Shown here piece by piece: positions 12,001-24,082 of a stretch of DNA of 64,000 bases. Source of the DNA: Ramazzottius varieornatus (taxonomy: Eukaryota > Animalia > Tardigrada); NCBI GenBank assembly GCA_001949185.1, contig BDGG01000015.1, forward strand, positions 501,036-565,035. The letters are read 5' to 3'. How positions within the stretch are numbered: position 1 is the stretch's first letter; each line of letters begins with the position of its first letter. Both the position numbers and the translations under genes were made by a program. The notes below the pieces were generated by a model. The model saw nothing but the letters and a program-made list of their open reading frames with translations, was not told where the DNA came from and did not search any database.

Positions 12001-12828
12001 CTACTTTCGGCGAGGTGGAAGCTGGACAACCCCTTGTCCGCCCTGTGGGCCACCTTGTGGAGGAGGTCCCTGTTGACCACCTTGTCCTCCTTGCTGTCCA
12101 CCCGGCTGTCCGCCTTGTTGAGGAGGTCCTTGTTCGCCGCCTTGTTGACCGCCTGGCTGTCCGCCTTGTTGAGGAGGACCTTGCTGACCGCCTTGTTGAG
12201 GAGGACCTTGTTGGCCTCCTTGTTGACCACCTTGCTGACCGCCTTGTTGGGGAGGCCCTTGTTGGCCTTGCTGTCCTCCCTGTTGAGGAGGTCCCTGCTG
12301 TACGCCCTGCTGACCACCTGGTTGTCCTCCTTGCTGAGGGGGTCCTTGTTGGCCTCCTTGTTGACCACCTTGCTGACCGCCTTGTTGAGGAGGACCTTGC
12401 TGACCGCCTTGTTGAGGAGGACCTTGTTGGCCTCCTTGTTGACCACCTTGCTGACCGCCTTGTTGAGGAGGACCTTGCTGACCGCCTTGTTGGGGAGGCC
12501 CTCGTTGGCCTTGCTGTCCTCCCTGTTGAGGAGGTCCCTGCTGCCCGCCCTGTTGACCACCTTGTGGTCCTCCTTGACCACCTGGCTGACCTCCCTGTCG
12601 AGGAGGCCCTTGCGGTCCTCCTTGACCGCCCAGTTGTGGAGGTCCTTGTGCCAGAACGCAGACTGTCAAACCTGAAAAACATCGGAATGACGATCAATGA
12701 CAGCATTGCGAGCGGGTAAATAGAATCTGGCGTTGCAGGATCGAGTCAGATCTGGGTTTATAATTATCATATGACAATGTGGCGAACTCACCGGCAACAG
12801 CTAACAATGAAAGTGCGAGTCTAGCCAT
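12001..12828 (-). CDS. Secreted low-complexity Gly/Gln/Pro repeat protein (~235 aa, 2 exons)
   Basis: Exon 1 12828-12792 (MARLALSLLAVA, gtgagt donor) joins exon 2 12671-12001 (GLTVCVLA|QGPPQ...), completing a signal peptide. The remainder is (QQGG)n/(QGPP) repeats. A TATAAAA-like box lies ~115 bp upstream on the minus strand. Confidence 0.85.
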
Positions 12829-13323
12829 GGTATCTGATAGGTTGTGCTGAATACTGGAAAAGGGGAGGAAAAAATCGGATAGGAAGTGGGAGGCAAACCA
12901 AAATGTTTTGTTGGTGTTTCTCGACTGATCAGTGGTCTTTTATAGGTCTAAATACGGAAGCGAGTGCGGATGCTTCGGGCACTCGAAAAGCGCTGATTCC
13001 AGCTGTTGGAACACTAATGACTTAACTAGGGTTTCTCAATGAGGTAAAGTACTCGAAAGTAAGTGCTTTGACGTCAGGACCTCAGGGAAATATGCCGAAT
13101 ATATATGCCGAATATTGATATTCGGCATCAATATTCGGCAGAGCTTGAACTTGCCTCAGCACAAACCTAACGGGAGTTTCTCGGAATTATGCAGTTCTTA
13201 TAGGGCTGCATCTGCTGCACCGTGAGTCATTCATGAGACAGACTAGTCGAAACATGGTCTCCCCACACCGTGATTTCCTCGTGTGGGGACTGGGGAAAAC
13301 TTTGCCTGGTAACGAAAGGCAGT

Positions 13324-14571
13324 TAGAGCTGTTAATGGTTTGAACCATATGGTTTGGTTTGGTTTGGTTTAAGTGGTGGTTTAGAGCACGGAATCTGGCC
13401 GCATGCGCTGCACTGCAGTATAGCTGTGCTGTGCCGTAGCATAGCTGCAGCGCGTAAACTGACGAAATTTGTGCGGCACAGCACAGCATACAGCAGAAAG
13501 CCAGACTACCGCGCAGATGCACCTACCGAATCCTGACAAAAATTACAGTTTTTGGGCATTCGAACGTCAGCCGTCTCACCTTTGCCGTACTTTAGGGCAA
13601 CGTTCTCCGGGCTGACTACCGATTTCGCTGACTACAATACAAACCACGTCAATACATCGGCGTTCCGCGCAGTTGCACCAGGTCAACGTGCATCTACAGC
13701 ACAGCTGCTCAGCCACTGGGCATGAAAGTTGTGCAGCACAGCGAAGCGTACAGCGCCCTGGTAATGTGCGCAGCACGGTTACAGCGTACTTTTGGACCTG
13801 CGGCCCAGTGCTTTATGGTGGTTTGCATGCCAAACCGGTTAAATGAAAATGGTTTCTCCCACAAACCACCGAAAGTGCTTTGGTCTAAATTTTAAACCAG
13901 ACCATTTAAACCAAACCACATAAACCACCGCTTTCAACCGGTTTGCGAGCAACTTTTTGATCACCAGTACATAGTAAATGTGCCACAGTTTTCTTCACTT
14001 GACTAAAAAACTAAAATAACCATCGAGGACAAGAAACTGAGCCACAGTTGCCGGTTTCTTTACGAACACACGCAAGCATGCAAAACTGGCGCGTGCCGGA
14101 ATTGGCAAGCGAGGCGGTAGTACAATCCTTTTTCCACCGGCAATGCTGTCCAGCACTGTCGGGATTGTGATTTCTGGCTGACGGAAGGCGTAGTTCTCAA
14201 GTCGCGCAGCCTATGACACAGTGCGCACCCAGTTAGAGCTGTGCATCACGAGTCATAGCTCATCAGAACAATGCGGCTGCGCACGGTGGCACTGGGTGGA
14301 AAAGGATTGGCACTGCCAGATGACCCAATTTCGGCTCGAGTTCTGGCACGAAATCCGCAGATTTCGTATGAAGTCTGCCCTTACGGCAAACCATATTAAA
14401 CAACATGAACCATTGGTTTATATGGTTTGGCGCATGATCGAAACCGGTTTGAGTGGTTTGGTTTGAGATGCCATATGGTTTGAGGTGTTTCGGTTTGGAT
14501 GTTAAACCATAAACCAAAAAAACCATAGAAACCACTTTCCAAGTGGTCTGGTCTGATATTTGACAGCTCTT
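13324..14571. mobile_element. hAT-like non-autonomous element (MITE) with GGTTT/AAACC subterminal repeats
   Basis: TIR TAGAGCTGTTAA / TTGACAGCTCTT. 8-bp TSD AAGGCAGT at 13316-13323 and 14572-14579. Confidence 0.85.
13382..13815. mobile_element. hAT-like MITE (GCTGC/GCAGC-rich family) nested in the preceding element
   Basis: Ends TAGAGCAC...GTGCTTTA. 8-bp TSD TGGTGGTT at 13374-13381 and 13816-13823. Ends are homologous to the 15655-16292 element in opposite orientation. Confidence 0.85.
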
Positions 14572-15654
14572 AAGGCAGTGTGAAAAGAATCTAGATGTTT
14601 TTTTCCGTCAATCAGTGACTTCCTATCCAAGAAAGGTAAAGGCAGAGAATGGCTTTGGGTAAAGCTTCGAATGGTCCTCGATAGCAAACGGAAAGTAATT
14701 TTTTTAACCAAAGTACAGTACAGTACAAATTGATTTTCTGTGAGAGAACCGAAGAACGTTGTAGTCCCGCATTATGATAAGGTACTAAAAACTCGGTGCA
14801 TGAAGGTTTGATTTTCCCTCTCATTCGCAGATCGCAGGTGCAGTTCTAGGACTCGCTGAGGAACAGGGAGATCCGCTCTGACCGTGCACACGCCATTGTA
14901 CCTCCAACAAATATAGTACAGAATTTTTTCGCTGTTAGGCATTAAGCTTTTGCCAGTCACAAGTTCGCTGATATCGGAGAGACTAGAGAGGGTAGAGGAA
15001 CGCGTACGTACGTCACGCCAGTCTTCCAATGATAAAGTCATTGCCGGACTAGCGACCAGTAAAAGTCGAGGCCAAATGGATGACCTTGGATGACCTTCAG
15101 CCGCTTGGACAAATCGACAGTTCGGCCTTACCTGAGAGATCGCGTCGTTGCCTGTTAACTATGTATGCAGGTACATGAAGCGCTTGCGTTTGTGGCGTAG
15201 GTCGGGCAAGCACTTAAATACGGCTCACTGCGGAGCTGCTGCCGTAACTATCGAACCACGTGGGAAAAAGAACGTGGCTCACGGATGAGCAAGGCACGTG
15301 ACACATAAAGAACTTCTGAATGAATTCACCAGGTTATTGCGTAAGCAGCTTGACATCCCGTACCCGACGAAGCTTCTTAGCTTCCTTCCACCTGCTGCTT
15401 TCTCCTCGCCACCTGTGTACGCTCGGATTACTGGTGGACGTTAGCCTTGCAGTGTGCCGTTGAGTTTGCATGGTTCCATATCATCGTGCTTCGACGCTGC
15501 ATAATCTAGGAATCTTAGCAATTTAACAGCCGAGCAACCGTAATGGGACCGACTCTGCCGGGGCGTGGCCTCTGTGTTTATCGGACCAATGGTGTCGTTC
15601 GCCGTAGTGGTAAGTGCCTCTACCGCTTCGATGTTTCGCGCCTCTGCGGTGTAT

Positions 15655-16292
15655 TAGAGACCTGGGCCGCAGTTCAAAAAGTACGCTGCATCTGCGCTGC
15701 GTCCTTTTCTGGTACTCGGCAAGTACGCTGCGCTGCGTAAATCTGGACCGGAGGGACGGTGCAGCTGCGCTGCACCTTACTGTACGTGCGAGGCAACTGC
15801 GCTGGGGTTTCAATAACAAATTTCCTCTGCTTTCCTCCAGAGAATTGTCAGATAACACGTGATCCTCCGTTATAGAGCTCTAATCATTCGGCTAACAAAA
15901 GCAGTTCACAGCAAAGTGCGTTGAAGCTACCTACAGAACTAGCTGTGTCAAAGTCCGAAACTTCCGGTCACAGTGACAGCTTAACCACTAAGCCCTTCAC
16001 GGTTGGGCGAAGCACTATTTCAAGGAAAGCTTGCGCGACCGGTCGTTGTTTTATGAAGAAGCAGAATACACCTAGCAAACAAGGGTTGTATAACGGCCGC
16101 TAACCGGGAGATCCTTAGTTTGACAATCGAAAACTCTCTTTTCGTATCATTTGCAGCTGCGCTGCCGTAGCTTGTCAGGCGCTGCATACTGCGCTGCGCT
16201 ACACACAAAGGTCAAAGTAAATACTGCAACTGCGCTGCCACGCAGCGCAGCTGCGGCGCAGTGCAGCGCACGCGGCCAGATCCCGGTCTCTA
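15655..16292. mobile_element. hAT-like MITE (GCTGC/GCAGC-rich family)
   Basis: TIR TAGAGACC...GGTCTCTA. Perfect 8-bp TSD CGGTGTAT at 15647-15654 and 16293-16300. Confidence 0.9.
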
Positions 16293-16809
16293 CGGTGTAT
16301 ACAGCGGTTCCTCTACCTCCTCTAATCTCTCTGCTGATATGGCTGCCATCACTGCTCCGCATAGAAAGCCATCACTGCTCCGCATGGAAAGTCCCATCGT
16401 CTTATCTCCCAAGTTCAGCGTCCATAAAGACTTTTTACCTGTAAGAACTCATTCGTAAGTGCGAAGGCAGGCTGGATGCTCAATGTGACTTGCAACACAG
16501 TCATTCGCTCTCCAAGAAAACCAGCGTATAAAAATGCATGGCCAAGTGCCGGTAAAAACACTTTAATGTTGTTCTTATCCTGTAATTCGGGCTACGATGA
16601 ATGACGTGTTAGTCTTTCCCCGTCCGCAATGCGGAAAATCCATAACAAGCCCATAACAACTACACAGCGATCGCGCTTGGTCCGTATGTATAAGACGACA
16701 TCTCTAATTTCTCAATGATATTGGATGATTTTTATCTTCCTTCCCTCAGATCCACTGACGTTCTTCTTCTTTAAACATCTCTCTCCTTAAACATTTCGCA
16801 CCGTTGACC

Positions 16810-17621
16810 ATGGGTTCTCCAAGGCTCGTTCTGTCAGCGCTTTTATGCCTGTTTGTCTTTACCTCTGCGGGTAGCTTTGCACAAAACCCGGTGGAAGCCA
16901 CCACCGAGGTAAGTTTAGCGCTTGAAGGGTCTCCGCCCAATTGCATCTGTCCCGCAATACCAGTCGCCACCACCACGACCACGACCACTACGACACCTCG
17001 TCCTGGTCGCCCTTGGCGCCCGCGTCCACCATCCAGCCATCCTTCGCGACGACCCACGCACCTGTGCGGCAACGATGGACGCAACTACACGACTTTCTGC
17101 GCTTTCATTAATGCCCAGGCACTTAATAACAGTGAGTCATGGAGAACCCGTATTATCCTTCGTCCATCTTGACCAAAACATTTTCGGCAAACATACGTAC
17201 AGGGTCGCTCTCTTAAGCGGGTCGCTCTCTTATTGGCTGGAAGAGCGCGCCGCTGACGACAGCGATCCTTCAGTGGCGCACTCGTCCGGCCAATAACAGA
17301 GGGAACGTGCGCCACCTGAGATAACGATCTCGTATGCTTTGGTTACCCCTGCAGTTTCCCAAATTACGAAACCGCGTGAGAACTGTCACAATCATACGAC
17401 TGCGTTCCTCAGGTCTAGGACTCCGTTTGTGCGCCGGCCAAAACGTTCCCAACTTCCCTAACTTCGATCGTCCCGGCCATTTCAATGGAAACCGTCCTGG
17501 TCAATTTTCCAGCCACCGTCCTCGGCCCCCGTTCGACTTCCCCTTGGTTTTCCCCGGATTCGAGAACTGCAATGCTACGGCATCTCTTTATCGACACCGT
17601 GAGAGCAATCGACCAGTCTGA
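16810..17621 (+). CDS. Secreted Kazal-like domain protein (2 exons; acceptor uncertain)
   Basis: Signal peptide MGSPRLVLSALLCLFVFTSAGSFA; C-I-C-P ... LCGNDGRNYTTFC is the Kazal CGxDGxTY pattern. Donor gtgagt at 17132; acceptor either 17354 or 17412. Confidence 0.6.
17255..17330. repeat. N25 palindromic element (Kazal gene intron)
   Basis: CAGTGGCGCAC-N25-GTGCGCCACCT. Confidence 0.85.
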
Positions 17622-18188
17622 CCTTCTTTTCGAACCTATGCTTACAACAGCTTACAACAAGTCCTTTTTCAACAGCGGAACCTCGTGTCTGCCTGACAAA
17701 CGACAGAGATGTGCGCATTCGTGAAGCCCAGAGAGTTCTTCGTGCCAACACAAGTAAGTTTAGACTTTATAGCCCTCCAATCTGCGTCAAAAGATATATT
17801 TTACGACTGCGGACTACCGGATAAGGTAACACAAGATCTGTTTCGAAGTTGTCGGTGTCCGCTGCTTGGGATGCTGCCCGTGTACTCTCCGCTGTCCTCC
17901 AGCCTTTATCGCCGGCTATCCTGCAGTCCGCCCGTCCGGACGTTATTGAGAGAAGAAGAAAACACTATATCGCTCCCGAAAGACTTGAAGTTTTATTATC
18001 TAGCACAACAAGACCCTCAACGGTCGACATTGTAAGTCAACCGTCCAACTATTCGCACTCTGTATACTGCAACCATAACAATCCCGGACCTCCTTGTCTA
18101 ACCAATCTGGTTAAACACGTGGATAGTGCAATTAAAATCAATGCCTGCTAGGTTCCGGCGCAAAAACAAGCCGTATAGCTTGGTAAAT

Positions 18189-18500
18189 TTAAGCTCTACG
18201 CAGCTGGATTTTCTTAGCAGTCAGCTGCTTCCTCATTCCCTCGTTCTCATCACCACCACAGGTGAAAGAGACCTGCAAGACCTTCACTTGTCCATAGTAT
18301 GGGTCGTTGTTGATTGGCTGGCCGTTGGACACGACAAAACTGCACGAGTTCTGGCAGTACTGCTTCATCATTGGGGTCGTCCATTATCTGCTTGCCGTAT
18401 CCGTAGACGGCATCCAGAATCTGCAGGAGCGTACCCACCGCCTTGCATGGATCCTCAAACTACTGCTCTTGTACCGCAATACCGCTGGGTCGAGCTTGAC
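18189..18500 (-). pseudogene. Frameshifted paralog of the adjacent SUEL-type lectin
   Basis: Fragments in different frames: C...LQILDAVYGYGKQIMD and PMMKQYCQNSCSFVVSNGQPINNDPYYGQVKVLQVSFTC align to the 18849-19211 protein. Confidence 0.65.
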
Positions 18501-18577
18501 CGGGGTTTCGTTTCACTAAACAAAGAAACGAGATGCGTAATCAGCGCATCGGAAAAACCCTAGAAAAACCTTGGAAA

Positions 18578-18848
18578 GGGGAGCTTGACAGGATCGTTTT
18601 TCAAAGTGGCGCACGCTTCCAGCCATTACCATTGAAAACGTGCGCCACTTGGAAAAACACTCCAAACACGACTGAATATTTTTCCAATTGGCACACATCT
18701 ATATAGCAACCAATAATTGGAATTCATGAGCCACGGGAGAAAACCGAACCCGATATGATCGTGTTCCCAAGCGGCGCAGACTGCCAGCCAATAACAGTTA
18801 CAAAGCGCGTCACTTGGGAATACAGCCTTGTCGAATCTAGTATGCGGG
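18578..18848. repeat. N25 palindromic elements between the lectin paralogs
   Basis: Cores at 18604 and ~18769, with a decayed unit between. Confidence 0.85.
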
Positions 18849-19211
18849 CTACTTACTTGGTCCGTAGCAGTAGTACTTAACCTTGAGTTCCTTCTTTACG
18901 CCGGGGTAAGGGTCCTGGTCAAACGGGTGGTTGTTGTTGACCAGAAAGCGGCAGAACGACGAAGACTCGCAGAAATCGCTGACGCGGGAGGTAACATCAG
19001 CACGCTTGCTGCCCATACCGTAACTGGCGCTGGTGACGACGATTCTTTGGGGATACGTGCAGGAAACCGTAAAGACATCGTATTCAGCCACTGTAATCTT
19101 TTTGATCGAAATCGGTGGTGCTTTATCCTTCATCTTGTTCTGGACCTGTGCGTGCGCTGGGCTGAAGACAAGAACCACGACGAACGTCAGTGCCAGTGCT
19201 GTGAATGCCAT
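18849..19211 (-). CDS. Secreted SUEL/galactose-rhamnose-binding lectin-like protein, intronless
   Basis: Signal peptide plus SC....I.V.SA.YG...DVT..V...C.....C.F.V.N..F..DPYPGVKK.L.V.Y.C pattern. Confidence 0.75.
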   Translation of the reverse strand: MAFTALALTFVVVLVFSPAHAQVQNKMKDKAPPISIKKITVAEYDVFTVSCTYPQRIVVTSASYGMGSKRADVTSRVSDFCESSSFCRFLVNNNHPFDQDPYPGVKKELKVKYYCYGPSK

Positions 19212-20304
19212 CTTGTGAGAAAGAGTCAGTTAGGGAGTATAGCAAGTAACAGGTAAGATGTTAGACTGTAGTAAAACCAACCGTGAAAAATTTTCTTAGT
19301 GAACGAAGGCACAAAGTAGTTTTGATCATGGGAAAACAGTCGTGGCAACGCCCCCTGCAGGTGACCTTACCGACCTACCCTCTCTAAACACACTCCGCAG
19401 TGACGTCGCGAGCGGATGCAGCACAGTTTCACTACCGCGGGACTGTTAGGCTTGATCACCATTTTGTTCGTTCGGAAAGTCGAAATGAAGTTGTACGGGA
19501 CCTTGGGATTTATTATAGCGACGTTTACTGAATGCGTTCGGCGTTTCGGCGAAATGACTGGAACACCTTCTCACCCATCAATCAAAATATGCTGGTTATG
19601 CAAGGTCCCGTAATCTTTCTACTTGGCAGTCGCTTCCGAAAGTAGGCTGATGATACCTTTCGGAAGCTGCAGTGCGTGATGTCTTCCATGATCCCGAAAA
19701 AGCTTTCGAGGCCACGGACGTTTGTCCAATAGGTATGCCTCTGAATGGCTGATACGCAATCTACAGAAGGATAATGTACGTTGACTGCGACAATGAGCCG
19801 AGTCGATGGAAAACAGCTTAGAGTATACTGCGCTAGTCCCTCGATACGTCAGAGTTTGCGGAAAGTGGGAAAACCCGCTCGTCTACAGTGGCGCAGTGCG
19901 GAAGAGCTCGATGAATGATCGTGGAAACGATGCATTTGATATTGCGTGCTTGCAATACAGCCATCAAGACCAGCCCAGACATTTATCAGCGGCAATGTAT
20001 CCTTTGGCTTGGAGATGGAGGGGATTGGAGAGGATGTATTCTGTTGATCGTTAGCAGCTAGGGGAGAAAGTATAACATTGGCTAGCTGCGGGTCTCGGCC
20101 ATGTCAAGCTAGTTTAAATTTGTTTTCAATCACTGTTTCAAATTCCCGTCCCGTCCTTCGCACTTGACTCTGTCGCGGTTATTTTGAGCTGCAAGTCTCG
20201 TTTGTCGGACCTTCGTCGCTGGCTGCTGGCTTCGGGAAACGTAAGCGAACTTGGCATCTCACGCCCAACAGTTTGTCTGCTAACTATTTTGTCCAATTTT
20301 CAGG

Positions 20305-23300
20305 ATGGATTTCAACAACGCCACCACGTTCAACGAGAATTTTTCGTCCGAGAGATTTCGACGGGTTCATCAGCCCTACGATCATCAACACTGGGATTAC
20401 TTCTTTGAGCGAGGCGATCTTCCGGCACCTGCATGGGTAAGATGGCCATTGGCTGCATGGTCAAAGCACCCTCTTGTGAGCCATTGCGAGCGTCTTAATG
20501 CCATGATAAACATGTCGGGTCCTCCTTCTGTAGATGCATTACGCCACCGGGAGCTACATTTTGCTTGTCAGCCTTACCGGTTCCATCGGCAACGCCCTCC
20601 TTCTGTGGGCGTTTTCCTGGTAAGCTCAATCACCGCTCTTGTCCAATTTCAATCGCAAACATGTTGTGCGCCGTAACCATACATCAACAAATTGATGTTT
20701 CTCACGTTTTGATGAATTGCGATTCCGGCGAACGAAACGCACAGAGTTGCCATCCCGAGTGGCGCACACTGCCAGCCGACGGCAATGGAAATGTAATCAA
20801 GCTAAAAAAGATGGCTTTTCCAAGTGGCGCACGCGTCCTGCAAATGACGGTCTTGACGTGCGCCACTTATGGCGGTCTTGTGCGTTTCGTTCGTGACGCT
20901 TTGGCGACCTTTTAAGTCGCACTTTAGTCGAAATGCTCTTTTGGGTCTTCTAATTCTTGACCTCAACATGTCCAGCTGTTGTTCAGAATACGCTCGGACT
21001 TGATTAGTTTTAACTTGTCCGTGAATCACTCACCAAGCATGTAAACTAGCTAATGTGCAAAGAATTACAAGTTACTATTGTTTGTATTTTGCTGACGGTG
21101 AGGATAGTCAAGTGTAATTAATTCTTGCCAATTAGTGCTTGTCGAAGATGCATACTATATTCTGTATTGAGTGATGTATTCTTGGCAAGAACCATGCAGG
21201 CCTGTTGTTGTTGTTGTGCGTTGCCATGCGTGTCGGCTTCACTGTGGGAGAAGGCGGAAGTTGAGGAACTACAAGTTCACACAACAATGGATCGAACTTG
21301 AGCCGACTTAGATGAGGATCTAATCAAGTCCGGATCGGATTAGGATAGTGAAGGGGAGAAAACTAGGAAACGAGCAGCTGGGGCGTGTGAATTGTGATAG
21401 TTGATAAGACCCTTCAGAATGTTGAAACGGAAGCTGGTGATTAACCACAAGCACTTCTGTTGTGTAACAAACCAGCGCGCGACTTGGGAAGACGTGTGCA
21501 GATTAGGCTTAGAAAAAGCGCGGCATCAATGAATGGAAAAAGCAATGACGATGTCAGTGGAAAGCTATTTTGTCCACGGATTAATCATCAAGTATATTGT
21601 TTCATCATTTCCGTGGTTCATCCGGGAATCTCTTTCATGAAGTGCGATCTCAGTTGGATCTGCTCTAGCGCCAATCGCTTTCACCCTGGAAATTTTCCGC
21701 TGTAATGACCCGAATAACTTTTCCAATCAGAGTTGTAAATGAATGAGGCACGCAAGGATGGCACTGCGGGAATGGCTATGGAGTAATATCCTTCCGGCAC
21801 AAATCTCTTGAGCTGCATGCATGCAGCTTGTGTGGCCCAAAGGAAAACCATGGGGAAAACCACTGGAAGGAATGCTGCAGGCCACTTTGAGTGGAGTTCT
21901 GGCCTTGGCTAAACAGAACCAAATTGAGTTCAAGCTAGTGTCGAGTAATAGGGAGCATGACCAGCAAGCAGAAATCCATTACAGCGAAACATGGGCGCAG
22001 GGGAATGTACATAGGCGGAAGGCTTCGGTGACACGGACACGTCGTGCGGGAATTAGATTAAAGTCGCCCCCGCGGATAGCTTATCCTTGCACTTGAAAAG
22101 TAACGACCTTCTCCGTCTGCCGCCTGTCAATCTTAATGCCGGTTGAATGCTCTCGCAATGCACAGTAGACTCTAGTCTAGCATCCCACAGCAACTTGCTG
22201 CCTGATCCCCCCATCAGGCTGCAGTGGCGGACATGGGCTGTGAAAACACCCCAAAAAACCGAACAAATTAAAGGTTGATAAAAGATGGCAATAATCAAAC
22301 GATCCGACTGATGGACATGTCGTCGATCAGTGGGCAGATCTGAAGCGGCAACTTGCGCCTCAAAGTCTGTGTTCTGTTTTAGTGCCCCAACACTGCGATC
22401 TCCCTCCAACTTGCTAATAGCCAACCTGGCTGTAGCCGATCTCGGTCTCAGCTTGTTCACCTTCCCACTCATTACCATCAGTTCCTACCAGAAACAATGG
22501 GCTTTTGGCAAAATTGGTACGTACAGGGCATTGTTCTTGATTAGGTAATATAGATCCATGTGCCATATTATATCTGACGATGGTCTGTGGCAGGGTGCGA
22601 TTACTACGTGGTGACAGCGGGCCTCTTCGGGCTGGGCAGCATCAGCACCATGGCCAGCATCTCGGTGGACCGTTGGTGCTCCATCACCAAGTGGTCGCAG
22701 TGGCACCTGACCTACCGTCGGGCCTACATCTGGATGATGGCCATCTGGCTCTACTCTTTCGCCATGATCGGTCCGCCGTTGATGGGCTGGTCCCGCTACG
22801 TTATCGAAGGCTTCCAAACCAGCTGCACATTCGACTGGCTGACCCATGAGCCATCCAGCGTCGCCTTCGTCTGGTACCTGATCATTCTCGGCTTCCTCCT
22901 GCCCCTTTTCGTCATTTTCCTCTGCTACACACAAATCATTAGCCACCTGGTCCGACACCGAACCATCATGTCCAAAGCCGGCTTCTCTCTCCGCCCATCG
23001 GAAGGTGGCCGCAAGTTTGTCCGCGCTTCTGACAGTGGCGTCGCATTCGAACCTGTCCGACCTAGAGCCAACTCTACCATGGGCGGTCAGTGCATACAAA
23101 TTCTCAATCACGAACTAGGCTTAGAAACTTGACCAGATCGTCTTTCCAACTAGCGCACGCTATTGGTCAACAGCACTGCGAACGTGCGCCGCTTGCGAAT
23201 ACGAACTTGGTCAAATTGTCTTCTCAAGTGGCGCGTGTTTGCAGCCAATAACATAAAGATGTGCGCCACTTGTGAAAACGATCTAATCGAGTCTGTATGC

Positions 23301-24082
23301 CAAACTCCCAGATTCTCATAAGGGCGAGTGCTGGTTTAACCTGGGTATCGGTTACAGCGTTGGGCGCGGGCAATAGAAAGCCCAAGCTGGTCGGACTGGA
23401 CAGCGACACACGAGCAGCTGTGACTTGTGCCATCATCGTGGCGCTCTTCGTGCTAGCATGGGGTCCTTATGCCTTGGTGGCCGTTGTGGGAGTCGTCGGC
23501 GATCAGAGTCTCATCACACCGGTCCTCAACGCCCTTCCGGTACTGTTTGCCAAGAGTAGCGCCGTCTACAACCCCATCGTGTACGCCCTGATGAACGAGA
23601 AGTTCCGTGCAGCCATCGTCTCCTTGCTGCAATGCGACCGCACTTCGGCGACACCCTTGCCCGGCACCAACCGCGACCGCAGTCGCAGCAAGAGTAGAAG
23701 CCTCAGTCTCAGTGGTAGTGACAACGGCCGTCGCTTGGCGGGGCTTGGCGGCACCATGCCCGTACCGTTGGCCCTTGAGCTGGAGGAAGAGCTGCAAGAG
23801 TTTCGCGAGAGGGTCAATACGGGAGCGTCTTCCGTCTTGACTCCCCTTAGTCAAAAGTCTGGCCTGTCGACCATCTCCGAGACACCTTTACTGCTGGAAC
23901 AGGTTCCCGGCAAGAAGGAAGACAAGTATCGCCGGCGGTTGCACACCATTGACACCATCAGTGAACGCCGTCGTGCTCAGCCTAAACGGGGACGCACATC
24001 GTCCGAGTCCTGGGCTATGTTGGAACAGGATAGGATATACCATAGTGGCAGTGCTCCCTCCTACATTCCGCCATTGTACTGA
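20305..24082 (+). CDS. Opsin, rhabdomeric-type 7TM GPCR (5 exons)
   Basis: Exons 20305-20436, 20534-20619, 22383-22516, 22594-23085, 23358-24082 join in frame. LRSPSNLLIANLAVAD, DRW, EGFQTSCTFD (E181), retinal-binding Lys in FAKSSAVYNPIVY; N-terminal H.HW..F. Confidence 0.92.
20735..20880. repeat. N25 palindromic element, 2 units (opsin intron 2)
   Basis: Cores at ~20757 (partial) and ~20822. Confidence 0.8.
23120..23310. repeat. N25 palindromic element, 2 units (opsin intron 4)
   Basis: Cores at ~23148 and ~23226. Confidence 0.85.

Noticed and set aside
11770-12719. Long alternative-frame and antisense ORFs (301, 252, 250, 284 aa)
   Set aside because: Shadows of the stop-poor GQ repeat; only the QGG frame splices to a signal-peptide exon.
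13335-13381. GGTTT runs as a telomeric repeat
   Set aside because: They are subterminal repeats inside a TSD-bounded MITE.
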